Shown piece by piece: positions 43,298 through 53,431 of a stretch of DNA of 64,000 nucleotides. This DNA is from Candidatus Cloacimonadales bacterium. Its GTDB lineage: Bacteria > Cloacimonadota > Cloacimonadia > Cloacimonadales > JAFGVF01. The notes beneath the pieces were generated by a model. That model did no database searches and was not told where the DNA came from. It saw nothing but the letters and a program-made list of their open reading frames with translations. The stretch lies in assembly GCA_963677495.2 (NCBI GenBank), contig CAXXOU010000004.1, positions 1 to 64,000 on the forward strand. Reading direction: 5' to 3'. Positions within the stretch are counted from its first letter, which is position 1. Each line of letters starts with the position of its first letter. The position numbers were made by a program, and so were the translations under genes.

Positions 43298-43810
43298 TTA
43301 TTTCTTTAACTCAGGACTCGGATAAAGATAGCCTAAAGATTTAGAACCTGTAGTTTTCAGATATGTTTCAGGACGCATCCATTCTGTAGTTCTTCCTAGA
43401 GCCGGGACTCCAATATAACCTCTTACATCAAGGTTCCCTTTCTTATTAAAGGTCATTTTACATTTATATGTTTTACCATTTTTAGGGTCATAGATAGTAC
43501 CGTTTTTCCATGTACCTTTTTTATGCTTGAAGCCTTGCATAATATTAAGACCTAATACGGGATTGTTTCTAAACTTCTCGTTAGGGTTGAATTTATCAAC
43601 TTTGGGTGCTCCGACTTTTCCTGCGGAAGCATCAGTATAAACCGGTTCTTTCAGGGCGACGATAGATGCTTCATATACTCCATCAACTTCTTTGATTTCA
43701 ACAACAGATGCAGCTTCATCAGTAACCCAATATCCGAGAATATCTTTTGCTGCAGAGAACAGAGCGAATGAAACGAGTAGTATTACAATTATGAACGTAG
43801 TTTTAAGCAT
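43298..43810 (-). CDS. DUF2147-family secreted protein
   Basis: ILGYW, D..NP...R..P.LG, W..G.IYDPKNGKTY.C, VRGYIG...GRT..W; GGAGG RBS before ATG 43810. Confidence 0.88.
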   Translation of the reverse strand: MLKTTFIIVILLVSFALFSAAKDILGYWVTDEAASVVEIKEVDGVYEASIVALKEPVYTDASAGKVGAPKVDKFNPNEKFRNNPVLGLNIMQGFKHKKGTWKNGTIYDPKNGKTYKCKMTFNKKGNLDVRGYIGVPALGRTTEWMRPETYLKTTGSKSLGYLYPSPELKK

Positions 43811-44022
43811 AAATACCTCCAAGTGATTAGAGTTCATTTTCTTCGAACCTAAACTCGTTTGTAAAGTAATAAATAATCTGTAACCTTTACGAAGTTTAGT
43901 GATTATTACATCAAAGATGTAAAAAGCAGGCTTGCGGATGGTTGTGAAGAATATTTTTATTGACACTTAAAATTTGACGAAGTTTGTGAAATAAGTAAAA
44001 TAATGACATTTATGGAGTGTAT

Positions 44023-45294
44023 ATGAAAAGGATTGCTTTCATTATCGCAATGGGGCTTTTGTTAATCAGTTTGAGAGCTGAAGGCTACAAATTAGAAGAG
44101 CTGATAGAATCAGGGATGAGTAAAGCATCATCCATTATAAGAAGTGAGATTAATCGCGATAATGCAGAATCTAGTCATGTATCCAGTTATCTTTCTTTCT
44201 TACCAGAAATTGGTGCTACATATAATCGATCAGGAAATGAAACTAATAATATTTATACAAACTCAGAAGGCTCATCTTATTATGTGAGTAAATCTGTTTC
44301 CTTGAATGAAGGTGATTATTTCCAATTCAGAAACACACTGATTGATACAGAAGTTGCTGATATTAACTATGAGATTGCCAAGAAGGAGTTAGCATATAAT
44401 ATCATTGAATCCTATCTAAATATTCTGCAAACCCAGAAGGAGCTTGAGATTCAACAAGAGAATTTAGCATTGCAAGAACGAGTTCTGGCTGAGATAGTGA
44501 TACAAGCAAAACAGGGTAGAAAGACATCCTTAGACTTGAATCAAGCAGAGATCGATAAGATTGATAGTGAAATTCAAATTGAGAATCTTACTAATTCATT
44601 GGTGAACATGAGAGCAAATCTCTTTAATCTGATACGTGTTGAGGATAGTGGAGCAAGCTTTTCAGATGTAACATTAAATATTATTGAAACTTCAAACTTA
44701 CCTGAATTCGAAGAGATAGAAGCTGATGGTAAAGGTAATCCATTGAGTTTTCAAGCAGACTATTTAAACTTAAAAAGTATGAAGATTAATGAATGGCAGT
44801 ATAAATTAAACTTCTTCCCTTCAATTAACTTAACTGCAAGTTATAATCAAACTTCAGTTGCAGATGAACCTTTTGAATATGATGAGACCGGAGAGTCCTA
44901 CTCAATTACCTTATCAGCATCATATTCCTTATGGAATCTATTGAATCAGAATGAGAATTACAGACGTTATAAGAATAGCATGAAACTTACAGAACTCAAT
45001 ATTGAAGATAATATTAACAGTCATAAAACGCAGTATGACCAGTTGATTAGAAATCTTGAGTACTTACATAAAGCAAAAGGTTTATATGAGCGAAAAGTAG
45101 CTCAAAGCTCAGAAAACCTTACAATAGCTAATGAAAAATATACATTAGGATTGATTGACTTGGTTGAGTTAGATAGATCTCGTATCTCTAACTTACAGTC
45201 ACGCATTTCACAAAATGATAATTACTACAGTATCCTGAAGACTCAGGAACAACTAAATAAGCTACTTTCACTCCCTATCATGGGACGTTGGTAA
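44023..45294 (+). CDS. TolC-family outer-membrane efflux protein
   Basis: Duplicated FLPEI/FFPSI strands with coiled-coil helices; QGRKT..DL and YTLGLI..VEL motifs. Confidence 0.85.
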   Translation: MKRIAFIIAMGLLLISLRAEGYKLEELIESGMSKASSIIRSEINRDNAESSHVSSYLSFLPEIGATYNRSGNETNNIYTNSEGSSYYVSKSVSLNEGDYFQFRNTLIDTEVADINYEIAKKELAYNIIESYLNILQTQKELEIQQENLALQERVLAEIVIQAKQGRKTSLDLNQAEIDKIDSEIQIENLTNSLVNMRANLFNLIRVEDSGASFSDVTLNIIETSNLPEFEEIEADGKGNPLSFQADYLNLKSMKINEWQYKLNFFPSINLTASYNQTSVADEPFEYDETGESYSITLSASYSLWNLLNQNENYRRYKNSMKLTELNIEDNINSHKTQYDQLIRNLEYLHKAKGLYERKVAQSSENLTIANEKYTLGLIDLVELDRSRISNLQSRISQNDNYYSILKTQEQLNKLLSLPIMGRW

Positions 45295-45316
45295 TAGATT
45301 AAGAGGAGAGGTTTAG

Positions 45317-46420
45317 ATGAAAAGATTTATAACGGTATTGCTTAGCTTCCTAGTTCTTACAGCATGTAAGGTAGGAATGAAAAAGGGTGACTCACCTTTA
45401 GATACTAAGATACCAACTCATACTGTTAAACGGGGAGAGATTAAAACGAAATTAGATGTCACCGGTGAGATTCAACCAAAGAGCACAATTAAGGTTAAAT
45501 CCCGTGTGGCAGGGAAAATATTGAAGTTCTATGTAGATGAGAATGATTATGTAAATGAAGGTGATGTTATTGCTGATATTGAGCCTGATTACAATCAAGC
45601 TGAATCAATTTCCAGAACCAGAAGCAGTTTGAGACTTGCTGAGATCAGATTAACAAAAGCTGAGAAAGACTTTAATGATTACACTGAGTTATACAATAAA
45701 AACTATATTTCATTGAACGAGCTTACTAATGCATCAGATGAGTTTGAATCTGCCAGAATCAATCATGAGCAGGCATTAGAGCAGTATGAACTTGTAAAAG
45801 ATTTGGATTCAAAAGACTCAGTTACAAAGTTATATGCCACATCATCAGGAACAGTGATTTCACGTCTTGTTCAGGAAGGTGAAATGGTAACATCCAGTAA
45901 CGTAAGTTTTGGCGAGGGTACAGTTATTATGCATTTGGCAGACCTCACAAGAATGGTAGTTGAGTCAGAAGTTAATGAAGTAGATATTACTAAGTATCAT
46001 CGTAATCAGGTTGCATCAATCTTAGTAGATGCTTTCCCTTATGAAAAGTTTACGGGAAAGGTTAGTAAGATAGCTGCATCAGCGACAGATAAAAATGGAA
46101 CAAAGGTTTTCCCAATCCAAATCCATCTTGAAGGTAATATTGCGATGCTTAAACCCGGTATGACAGCGAATGTAAGTATTGAAGGAGAATCAAGAGCTGA
46201 TATTCTAATAATTCCAATCAGAGCAATATTCACAGACGAGAAGGGGCAGGATGTTGTATATCTCATGAAGGATGGCAAACCCGAGAAAGCAGTACCAATC
46301 AAAACAGGTATTAATGATTTCCAACAGGTTGAAATAATTGAAGGTGTTAACGAAAATGATATAATCACTCTTACAGAACCGGCGTCATTGGCACCGAAAT
46401 CTGAAGAGTTCGAATTCTAA
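45317..46420 (+). CDS. Efflux periplasmic adaptor (MFP/HlyD) lipoprotein
   Basis: Lipobox LTAC, VAGKI..V.E.D.V..G, SGTV, LKPGMTA. Confidence 0.88.
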   Translation: MKRFITVLLSFLVLTACKVGMKKGDSPLDTKIPTHTVKRGEIKTKLDVTGEIQPKSTIKVKSRVAGKILKFYVDENDYVNEGDVIADIEPDYNQAESISRTRSSLRLAEIRLTKAEKDFNDYTELYNKNYISLNELTNASDEFESARINHEQALEQYELVKDLDSKDSVTKLYATSSGTVISRLVQEGEMVTSSNVSFGEGTVIMHLADLTRMVVESEVNEVDITKYHRNQVASILVDAFPYEKFTGKVSKIAASATDKNGTKVFPIQIHLEGNIAMLKPGMTANVSIEGESRADILIIPIRAIFTDEKGQDVVYLMKDGKPEKAVPIKTGINDFQQVEIIEGVNENDIITLTEPASLAPKSEEFEF

Positions 46421-46435
46421 AAAAGGAGACAACTG

Positions 46436-47446
46436 ATGATTGAAGTCAGTAATGTAGTAAAAGACTATGGCACTCTCAGGGCAGTAGACAGCATTAGTTT
46501 CTCTGTCAATGAGGGAGAGATTGTCGGTTTTCTAGGACCAAATGGTGCAGGAAAATCAACTACTCTGAAAATGCTCACTGATTACCTGAAACCAACAGCA
46601 GGTAAGATTGAGATTAATGGTTTAGATATGGCTAAAGACTCTCTCAAAATCAGAGAATGGATTGGCTACTTGCCTGAACACAATCCGCTTTATGAAGATT
46701 TAACTGCTTATGATTACTTGAAGTTTGTTGCAAACATCAGAAACATAAGTGACAAAGATTTCAATTCCAGAATCGAAAGAGTTATCGAAGAATGTGGTAT
46801 TAAAAATGTAATAACACAGAAGATTGGTACTCTCTCAAAAGGTTACAGACAGCGTGTAGGGCTTGCACAAGCTATTCTGCATGATCCAAAAGTGATTATT
46901 ATGGATGAACCTACAACCGGTCTTGACCCTAACCAGATTCTAGAGATTAGAGAAGTTATCAGACGACTAGGTGAAAAGAAAACAGTTATTCTATCAAGTC
47001 ATATTATGCAGGAAGTTCAAGCAGTTTGTGACAGAATCATCATTATCAATAAAGGCAAGATTATTGCAGATGATAGGAAAGAAGTTCTTCAGTCTCAGCT
47101 AGCCGGTAAAACAGTACTTAGTCTTGAAATAATGGCAGATAATGCTAACTTCTATGATTTCAGAATGATTGATCCAACAATCAATATTTTCAATGAAAGT
47201 AAGATTAAAGGTAACATCTGGGAAGTAGTGCTTGAATACAGTAACAAGATTGATTTAAGAGAGAAGATATCTCGCTTTATCAATGAAAAAGGTTGGTTGA
47301 TTCTAAGTATGCAAAAACAGGAACGTTCTCTTGAGAAGATATTCCACGAACTTACTATGGATGGTGCACCAACAAGACAAGTTACAGATAATACTCAGTA
47401 CATTCCACAGTCTAACCCGGTTAATGCGGAGGAAGAAAATGAATAA
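46436..47446 (+). CDS. ABC ATPase, GldA-like
   Basis: GPNGAGKST, LSKGYRQRVGLAQA, MDEPTTGLDPNQ. Confidence 0.9.
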   Translation: MIEVSNVVKDYGTLRAVDSISFSVNEGEIVGFLGPNGAGKSTTLKMLTDYLKPTAGKIEINGLDMAKDSLKIREWIGYLPEHNPLYEDLTAYDYLKFVANIRNISDKDFNSRIERVIEECGIKNVITQKIGTLSKGYRQRVGLAQAILHDPKVIIMDEPTTGLDPNQILEIREVIRRLGEKKTVILSSHIMQEVQAVCDRIIIINKGKIIADDRKEVLQSQLAGKTVLSLEIMADNANFYDFRMIDPTINIFNESKIKGNIWEVVLEYSNKIDLREKISRFINEKGWLILSMQKQERSLEKIFHELTMDGAPTRQVTDNTQYIPQSNPVNAEEENE

Positions 47447-48152
47447 TATCAAGTCAATTATCAAGAAAGAGCTTAATAGTTATTTAGTCTCTCCCGCCAC
47501 CTATATTGTGTTTGTTATCTTTCTTCTAATAACCGGTTGGTTCTTTAACAGCACTGTTTTCGTTATTGGAAGAGCAGAAATGAGATCCTTGTTCGGTACT
47601 TTACCAATGATATTCTTATTCTTCATACCAGCGATTACTATGGGTATGATTGCAAAAGAGAAAAACTCAGGTACGATTGAAATATTAGCAACATTGCCTT
47701 TGCAGGATAGCCAAATCGTTTTGGGCAAATTCTTTGCTGCTATTATTCTGATTGGTTCAACATTGCTTTTTACTCTTGTACACTTGTTCACAATAATGCA
47801 CTTTGGGCAGAACATCGATTATGGTGCAATTATATGGGGTTATGTCGGCTTATTCTTGGTTGCTTCAACATATTGTGCAATAGGAATCTTTGGTTCTTCG
47901 TTACATAGTAATCAGATTGTAGCTTTCATAATTAGTTTCGTGCTTGTGTTCTTTTTCTTTATTATAGATATGATATTGATTATATTCCCTGGTCCGGTTG
48001 CTGAATTCTTCCAATACTTAAGTATTAACTATCATTTCAGCAATTTGCAGAGAGGTGTTATAGATACACGTGATATTATATACTTTGCATCAATGATTAT
48101 CCTTTTCCTGAGAGGAGCTACTCTCTCTCTGGAATCAAGGAAATGGGATTAG
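47439..48152 (+). CDS. ABC-2 permease, GldF-like
   Basis: KKEL.SY, PAITM..IA.E..SGTIE.L.T.P, VLGKF, RGVIDTRD. Confidence 0.85.
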   Translation: MNNIKSIIKKELNSYLVSPATYIVFVIFLLITGWFFNSTVFVIGRAEMRSLFGTLPMIFLFFIPAITMGMIAKEKNSGTIEILATLPLQDSQIVLGKFFAAIILIGSTLLFTLVHLFTIMHFGQNIDYGAIIWGYVGLFLVASTYCAIGIFGSSLHSNQIVAFIISFVLVFFFFIIDMILIIFPGPVAEFFQYLSINYHFSNLQRGVIDTRDIIYFASMIILFLRGATLSLESRKWD

Positions 48153-48164
48153 GAGGTAAGTATA

Positions 48165-49772
48165 ATGAATAGAAAGAATGCTATAATAAACTTTGTTGTT
48201 ATCCTTGCTATCCTGATTGTTCTCAATCTGGTGTCATTGAATATATTCCATAGATTTGACTTCTCCAAAGACAAAGTGTTTACTCTCTCTAAATCCAGTA
48301 AAGAGATTGTAGGTGGACTTGAAGATAACCTTATTGTTAAAGCTTATTTTACAAAGAACCTTCCAAATCAGTATGCTGATTTAGGTCGCTATGTTCGTGA
48401 TATCTTATCTGACTACCAAACCTACTCACATGGACGTATGAAGTTTGATTTCATAAGCCCTAATGATGAAGATATGCTTAAGAATGAAGCCCGTATGAAC
48501 CAAATCCAACCTGCTCAGATTCAGATGCTGGAAAATGATAAAATGGAAGTTCGAGAAGTTTATATGGGACTCTATTTTGAGTATCAAGGTAACAGTGAAA
48601 GTATTCCACTTATCCAGGTTAAAGATGGTCTGGAGAATGATATTACCGGTATTATAAAGAGACTTTCAAGAGCTCAGATGGATAAAGTTACCCTTTACAC
48701 TGACCCTGAAGCAGAGAAAACAGATCATCAGTCAATCAGATACCTTTTGGGTAAGAACTATGAGATTAGTAGTAGTGACTTAATGACTCCAATTGAACCG
48801 GGTGTTAAAACACTTGTTATGGCTGGTGTCTCTGATTCACTTGATGTTGAGCAGCTTTATAACATCGACCAGTTCGTTATGAATGGTGGTAACCTTCTAG
48901 TTTTCCAGGATAGAGTGTCTATGGATGTACAAAAAGGTGAAGCTGAAGAGATTCATAGTAACTTCTTTGATCTTTTGGAGCATTGGAAGATAAATATTGC
49001 TCCAACACTTGTAGTTGATGAAAACTGTGGTCAAATCTCTGTTAGTCAGAGACAAGGACCATTTATAACTCAAGTTCCGGTTAAGTATCCATTGATTCCG
49101 GTTATCAACACTATGAGTAAAGAGAACCCAATAGTTAAGAAGCTTGAGAACTTAATACTTTTAGGTGCGTCTGAGATAGATGTTGAGATGGATTCTACTT
49201 CAACTGTAAACTTTACTCCATTATTTACTTCATCTAATCGTTCAGGTGCTATGTCCGGTCCAAACTATGGAATATCATTCCAACGTTTCCAGGGACAGAA
49301 GATTAACTCTCTGCTTAAAGATCCTTTTAGAGTTCTTTCAGGTCTCTTTGAAGGAGAGTTTACAAGTTACTTTACCTATAATCAAGAATTACAGAAAGCC
49401 GGTTTTGTACCTGCAAACAGTAATGGAAAGATAATTGTAGTAACTGACCAAGACTTCGTTAATGACAAAAGTGCCGGAAAGCAACCTAATAATTTAAACT
49501 TTGTTCTTAATTCTACAGACTTCCTTAATGGTGATTTATCATCTCTAGAGATTCGTTCAAGAACACTATCTTTAAGTGAACTGGATGTTAGGAAATATCT
49601 CCTAAGCAATGGAGTTAATCCAATGGATATTGACTCTGTAGAGAAGCGTACAAAACTTACTACTAAAACACTTAATATAGTACTTCCAAGCCTGTTATTG
49701 ATAGTGTTTGGACTAGCATACATTATCTATAAGCGTAAGCAAAGTGACAAAATCAGGAGGATATATGAATAA
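48165..49772 (+). CDS. GldG-family ABC auxiliary protein
   Basis: RFD.S.DK.FTLS..SK, IDQFVMNGG.L, N.NF.LN..D.L...L.IRSR, C-terminal TM. Confidence 0.85.
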   Translation: MNRKNAIINFVVILAILIVLNLVSLNIFHRFDFSKDKVFTLSKSSKEIVGGLEDNLIVKAYFTKNLPNQYADLGRYVRDILSDYQTYSHGRMKFDFISPNDEDMLKNEARMNQIQPAQIQMLENDKMEVREVYMGLYFEYQGNSESIPLIQVKDGLENDITGIIKRLSRAQMDKVTLYTDPEAEKTDHQSIRYLLGKNYEISSSDLMTPIEPGVKTLVMAGVSDSLDVEQLYNIDQFVMNGGNLLVFQDRVSMDVQKGEAEEIHSNFFDLLEHWKINIAPTLVVDENCGQISVSQRQGPFITQVPVKYPLIPVINTMSKENPIVKKLENLILLGASEIDVEMDSTSTVNFTPLFTSSNRSGAMSGPNYGISFQRFQGQKINSLLKDPFRVLSGLFEGEFTSYFTYNQELQKAGFVPANSNGKIIVVTDQDFVNDKSAGKQPNNLNFVLNSTDFLNGDLSSLEIRSRTLSLSELDVRKYLLSNGVNPMDIDSVEKRTKLTTKTLNIVLPSLLLIVFGLAYIIYKRKQSDKIRRIYE

Positions 49773-50712
49773 GAAGAATTTAATTCTCTTAGCAGGACTA
49801 ATTGTCTTACTTGTAATCTTCTGGTTTGCCAGAAAGAGAGACCATATTGAGACTGAGTTCAACTTCTTTAAGTTTGATTCTTTAACGGTAGATGTTATAA
49901 ATCTTACAACTGCTACAGATACACTAGAACTATCTAAGTTAGATGGTGAGTGGTGGATTACTCAACCTTTAAAGGCTGAAATTGAGCAACGTATGATTTC
50001 GAAGTTCTTTGCTGATGTCATTAAAGTCAAAGTTCCCAATCATCCAATGTCTGAGAATCCTGATTCATTCAACAACTACAATGTAGCAGACAATCAAGGC
50101 TATAATGTAAGTTTAAAGAATAAAGCTGGTCGAGCTGTTGCTGACTTCAAAGTAGGAGAAGGTTCAAATTACTCATATAGCTATATCAGAAGAACTAATG
50201 GAAACAAAGTCTATCAAGTAAAAAAGAACATCTTCCAGACTTGTAAACCTACATTGCGCTCATGGCGTTCAGGTTTAATCCTTGATATCAAACAAGATGA
50301 AGTTGATAAAATCATAATAGACAGACAGGATACTTCTTTTGAAATGATTCGTAAAGAAGGTGAAACTGAAGCGAATTGGACTTATAAAGATGCAACTGAG
50401 GAGTTTGTCATTGACCGTAAGAATACAGCAATGCGTAAATTCTCTAACTTTGTGTCAGGTCTAAGAAGTGGAGTCTACTATGATGGACAATGGGATGAGT
50501 TAAAACAATACTTTGAACTTCCTTTAGCTACAGTAACTATCATCAAGAAAGATGGTTCTCAAGAAAAGCTATATATATCTAAGAACGAAGCTGATGATAA
50601 GTTTATTATAAAGAAGAATAACTACACTGATACTATTTATCAAACCACACCTGATTTGTTTGGGAGAATTTCCTTCTCTAAGGAGCAATTCAAGGAGAAG
50701 AAAAGTAGTTAA
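49765..50712 (+). CDS. DUF4340-like protein
   Basis: N-terminal anchor, WWITQP, two-repeat architecture, usual position after gldG. Confidence 0.7.
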   Translation: MNKKNLILLAGLIVLLVIFWFARKRDHIETEFNFFKFDSLTVDVINLTTATDTLELSKLDGEWWITQPLKAEIEQRMISKFFADVIKVKVPNHPMSENPDSFNNYNVADNQGYNVSLKNKAGRAVADFKVGEGSNYSYSYIRRTNGNKVYQVKKNIFQTCKPTLRSWRSGLILDIKQDEVDKIIIDRQDTSFEMIRKEGETEANWTYKDATEEFVIDRKNTAMRKFSNFVSGLRSGVYYDGQWDELKQYFELPLATVTIIKKDGSQEKLYISKNEADDKFIIKKNNYTDTIYQTTPDLFGRISFSKEQFKEKKSS

Positions 50713-50719
50713 CTATAAC

Positions 50720-50754
50720 AAAAGAGTCTGCTAGTTTTAGCAGACTCTTTCTTT
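50720..50754. terminator. Bidirectional terminator
   Basis: AAAGAGTCTGCTA-gttt-TAGCAGACTCTTT. Confidence 0.85.
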
Positions 50755-50762
50755 AAATTTCT

Positions 50763-52121
50763 CTATCTATTCTTGATACTATGCACAAATGTTGCGAGCT
50801 GTGGCAGAGCTTGCCATTTCCAAAACTGAATCCCATCTATAATGTGCTCGAAATCATGATATGTCAGGTTCGTGGAATTATTCATAACAGAATAGGGCAA
50901 ATCAATTAGCATTCTAGGAGGAGTAAGCCCGGTAGCCTGGAATAAATTCGTTTCATCAACTCCGAGAGGAGTGCAGTTAATAACTAAGTCATACTTTCTA
51001 TTCAAATCCCCAGCTTCAATTGAATGTTTGCTACATATTTCATTCTGTTTTTTTCTATCTCTGCATCTTAAAAAGACTGAGCCAAAAACAGATGCTTCCT
51101 GAATTGATAGTTCAGCCATTGCCCCACTACCATAAATCAAGATAGAACTCATATCCTGCTTCTCGAGAATGAAGAGTGCTTTTTTTAGGGCAAAATGATC
51201 TGTATTATTTGTGATAATCGCATCTCTTTCGAAGTGTAAAAGGTTTACAGGCTTGGTTGAAGATGTAACTTCACGTACAGCACGTTTAAAGGGCATTGTA
51301 ACTGATAAACCATAGAACTTGTTTCGCTTCTTGAAGGTGTTTAACCAGCTCCAGAAATCTTCGAAATCATCGCAACTAAAAGGCAGATACATTGCATCGA
51401 AACCTTCTTGCTCGAAGTAGTCATTATAATACTGAAGTCCTATTGAACCCCAAACTTGCTGTCCTCCAAGCAATCCACCAATGACAGTATTCTTTGTGAT
51501 CTTCCTTAGTCTAAATTGTTCGATCTCTTCATATGTAAGTTGCTCAGGTACGACCTTTTCATGCCCATTACCAATATAGGTAGCTCTGGCATTTATGTGT
51601 TTATATAGGATTCTTGAAAGCTTTCCTAGTTTACCTAATCCAGCGAAGAGAACTTGTTTTGGACAAGCTTTAAACATAGTCTCTAACCAGGATAACTGCA
51701 TATATCTTTCAATTGGGATTGCCAGTTTTAGATAAGTGCAATCAAGTAATGCCCCTTCTTTGAGAAAGGCAGAAACTTCTTCTTCATTCAGATTATCAAA
51801 ATCATGATATGATAGAATATACCTTAATCCGGATAAGTCAGGTTTTTCTTGAATGTATTGCTTGTACTCAATATCTATCAAACAATTATTTCTTAGAGCA
51901 TACTCCCTCAATATACTAATTCTGTCTTTTAAAGAGAGCTTAGAGAGCCCACCCTCACTTGCATGCCTAAGGGTAAGAATTGTATTGGGAGTTAACTCAC
52001 ACTCTCCAAGATGTTTTTCAATTTTTGATTGCTCAATGAAGTCCAGTCTAATCTCATGGTATGTATAAAGCTCAGCGTTATCCGTGCACGGCTTACCACC
52101 CTTGAATGATGCTATTAACAT
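50763..52121 (-). CDS. aroDE: Bifunctional type I 3-dehydroquinate dehydratase / shikimate dehydrogenase (divergent)
   Basis: EIRLD, TLR..SEGG, DIE, SYHDF, KLA; SVTMPFK, VN, NTD, INCTPLG. Confidence 0.75.
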   Translation of the reverse strand: MLIASFKGGKPCTDNAELYTYHEIRLDFIEQSKIEKHLGECELTPNTILTLRHASEGGLSKLSLKDRISILREYALRNNCLIDIEYKQYIQEKPDLSGLRYILSYHDFDNLNEEEVSAFLKEGALLDCTYLKLAIPIERYMQLSWLETMFKACPKQVLFAGLGKLGKLSRILYKHINARATYIGNGHEKVVPEQLTYEEIEQFRLRKITKNTVIGGLLGGQQVWGSIGLQYYNDYFEQEGFDAMYLPFSCDDFEDFWSWLNTFKKRNKFYGLSVTMPFKRAVREVTSSTKPVNLLHFERDAIITNNTDHFALKKALFILEKQDMSSILIYGSGAMAELSIQEASVFGSVFLRCRDRKKQNEICSKHSIEAGDLNRKYDLVINCTPLGVDETNLFQATGLTPPRMLIDLPYSVMNNSTNLTYHDFEHIIDGIQFWKWQALPQLATFVHSIKNR

Positions 52122-53422
52122 TGTGTTTTACCTTTTGTAATAATTAGGTCCCAAACTGGTGTAATAATATCCTTGGGGATTCCAAGGAGTTCTGCCTTCA
52201 CTTTAAGATTGTCTATCAGTTCCTGCTCTCGTTCAGGAATGCTAATATCAATCCCATTTTTGTTCTTAAAAGATATTACATCTTTTACAATGTTTAACCT
52301 TTTCTTAATCAGAATTAGTAAATCTTCGTCAATCTTGTCAAGACTTTCCCTAAAACTGTTAAGATTTAGATCAGTATCAGATAAAAGGGTTTGATAAGAA
52401 GCTGAATCAGCTAAGGCAAGCTTTGTCATTGCTATTATAACAGGAACTATCCTTGGTACTAGACAAACATCATGACGTCCTTTGACGTTAATCATCCTTT
52501 CTTCTGCTTCTAAATCAATTGTTTTTTGTGTCTTAGCTATAGAAGGAACAGGCTTAATCGCAACACGGAAAACAATATTCTCACCATTTGAAATACCTGC
52601 TTGTATACCACCTGCATTGTTTGAAGTGAATCCATCAGCGTCCATTCCATCATTTGCATCGATTCCTTTCAAAGCTGATAAAGAGAATCCACCTCCAAAC
52701 TCAATACCTTTCACTCCACCAATAGACATAACAGCTTTTGAGATGTTAGCATCCAGTTTCTCAAAGACCGGATCACCCCAGCCTGATGGTACGTCTTTGA
52801 TAGTTATTTGGACAACTCCACCAACGCTATCTCCTTCAGATTTAACGGAATCAAGATAACTCTCAAGCTCTTTTAGTGAGGAGGGATCAGGCCAAAAATA
52901 GGGATTATCCTTTGCAAAGAAGATGTCTTGATATTTAGGGACTTTCTGTCCAATAACCAAAGTCTGCACATCGAAGTGAATATCTCCTAGCACTGAGTTC
53001 AAAGTCTCACCGGCAATGACTCTTGCTATGGTCTCTCTTCCGGATACTCTACCTCCACCTCGCCAATCAAATATCTTGAACTTACTGAAAATGGCAAAGT
53101 CACCATGACCGGGTCTAAATATTTCTTTTAAGTGTTCATACGCAGAGCTGTCTGCATCCCTATTATGCACCAATAAACAGATAGGCATTCCGGTAGTTAT
53201 ACCATCCAGTACACCGGAAATTACCTCTACTTTATCAGGTTCTCGTCTTGAAGTTGAGCTACTAAGTGTTGATGGTCTTCGCTTCTCAAGTGCTATTTCT
53301 ATATCTTTTAACGGGAACTCTATTCCTGCTTTAACGTCTTCTATTACTACGCCCATTGCTTTTCCATGACTCTCACCAAAACAGGTAAAGCCATAGAGGG
53401 CTGAAATGTGATTTCCTCTCAC
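52115..53422 (-). CDS. aroC: Chorismate synthase fused to a C-terminal AroQ-type chorismate mutase domain
   Basis: GESHG, RPGHGD, GGGRVSGRET, SNNAGGIQAGISNG, GRHD; tail RESLDKID..L..L.KR...K...REQE. Confidence 0.88.
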   Translation of the reverse strand: MRGNHISALYGFTCFGESHGKAMGVVIEDVKAGIEFPLKDIEIALEKRRPSTLSSSTSRREPDKVEVISGVLDGITTGMPICLLVHNRDADSSAYEHLKEIFRPGHGDFAIFSKFKIFDWRGGGRVSGRETIARVIAGETLNSVLGDIHFDVQTLVIGQKVPKYQDIFFAKDNPYFWPDPSSLKELESYLDSVKSEGDSVGGVVQITIKDVPSGWGDPVFEKLDANISKAVMSIGGVKGIEFGGGFSLSALKGIDANDGMDADGFTSNNAGGIQAGISNGENIVFRVAIKPVPSIAKTQKTIDLEAEERMINVKGRHDVCLVPRIVPVIIAMTKLALADSASYQTLLSDTDLNLNSFRESLDKIDEDLLILIKKRLNIVKDVISFKNKNGIDISIPEREQELIDNLKVKAELLGIPKDIITPVWDLIITKGKTQC

Positions 53423-53431
53423 ATCAACTCC

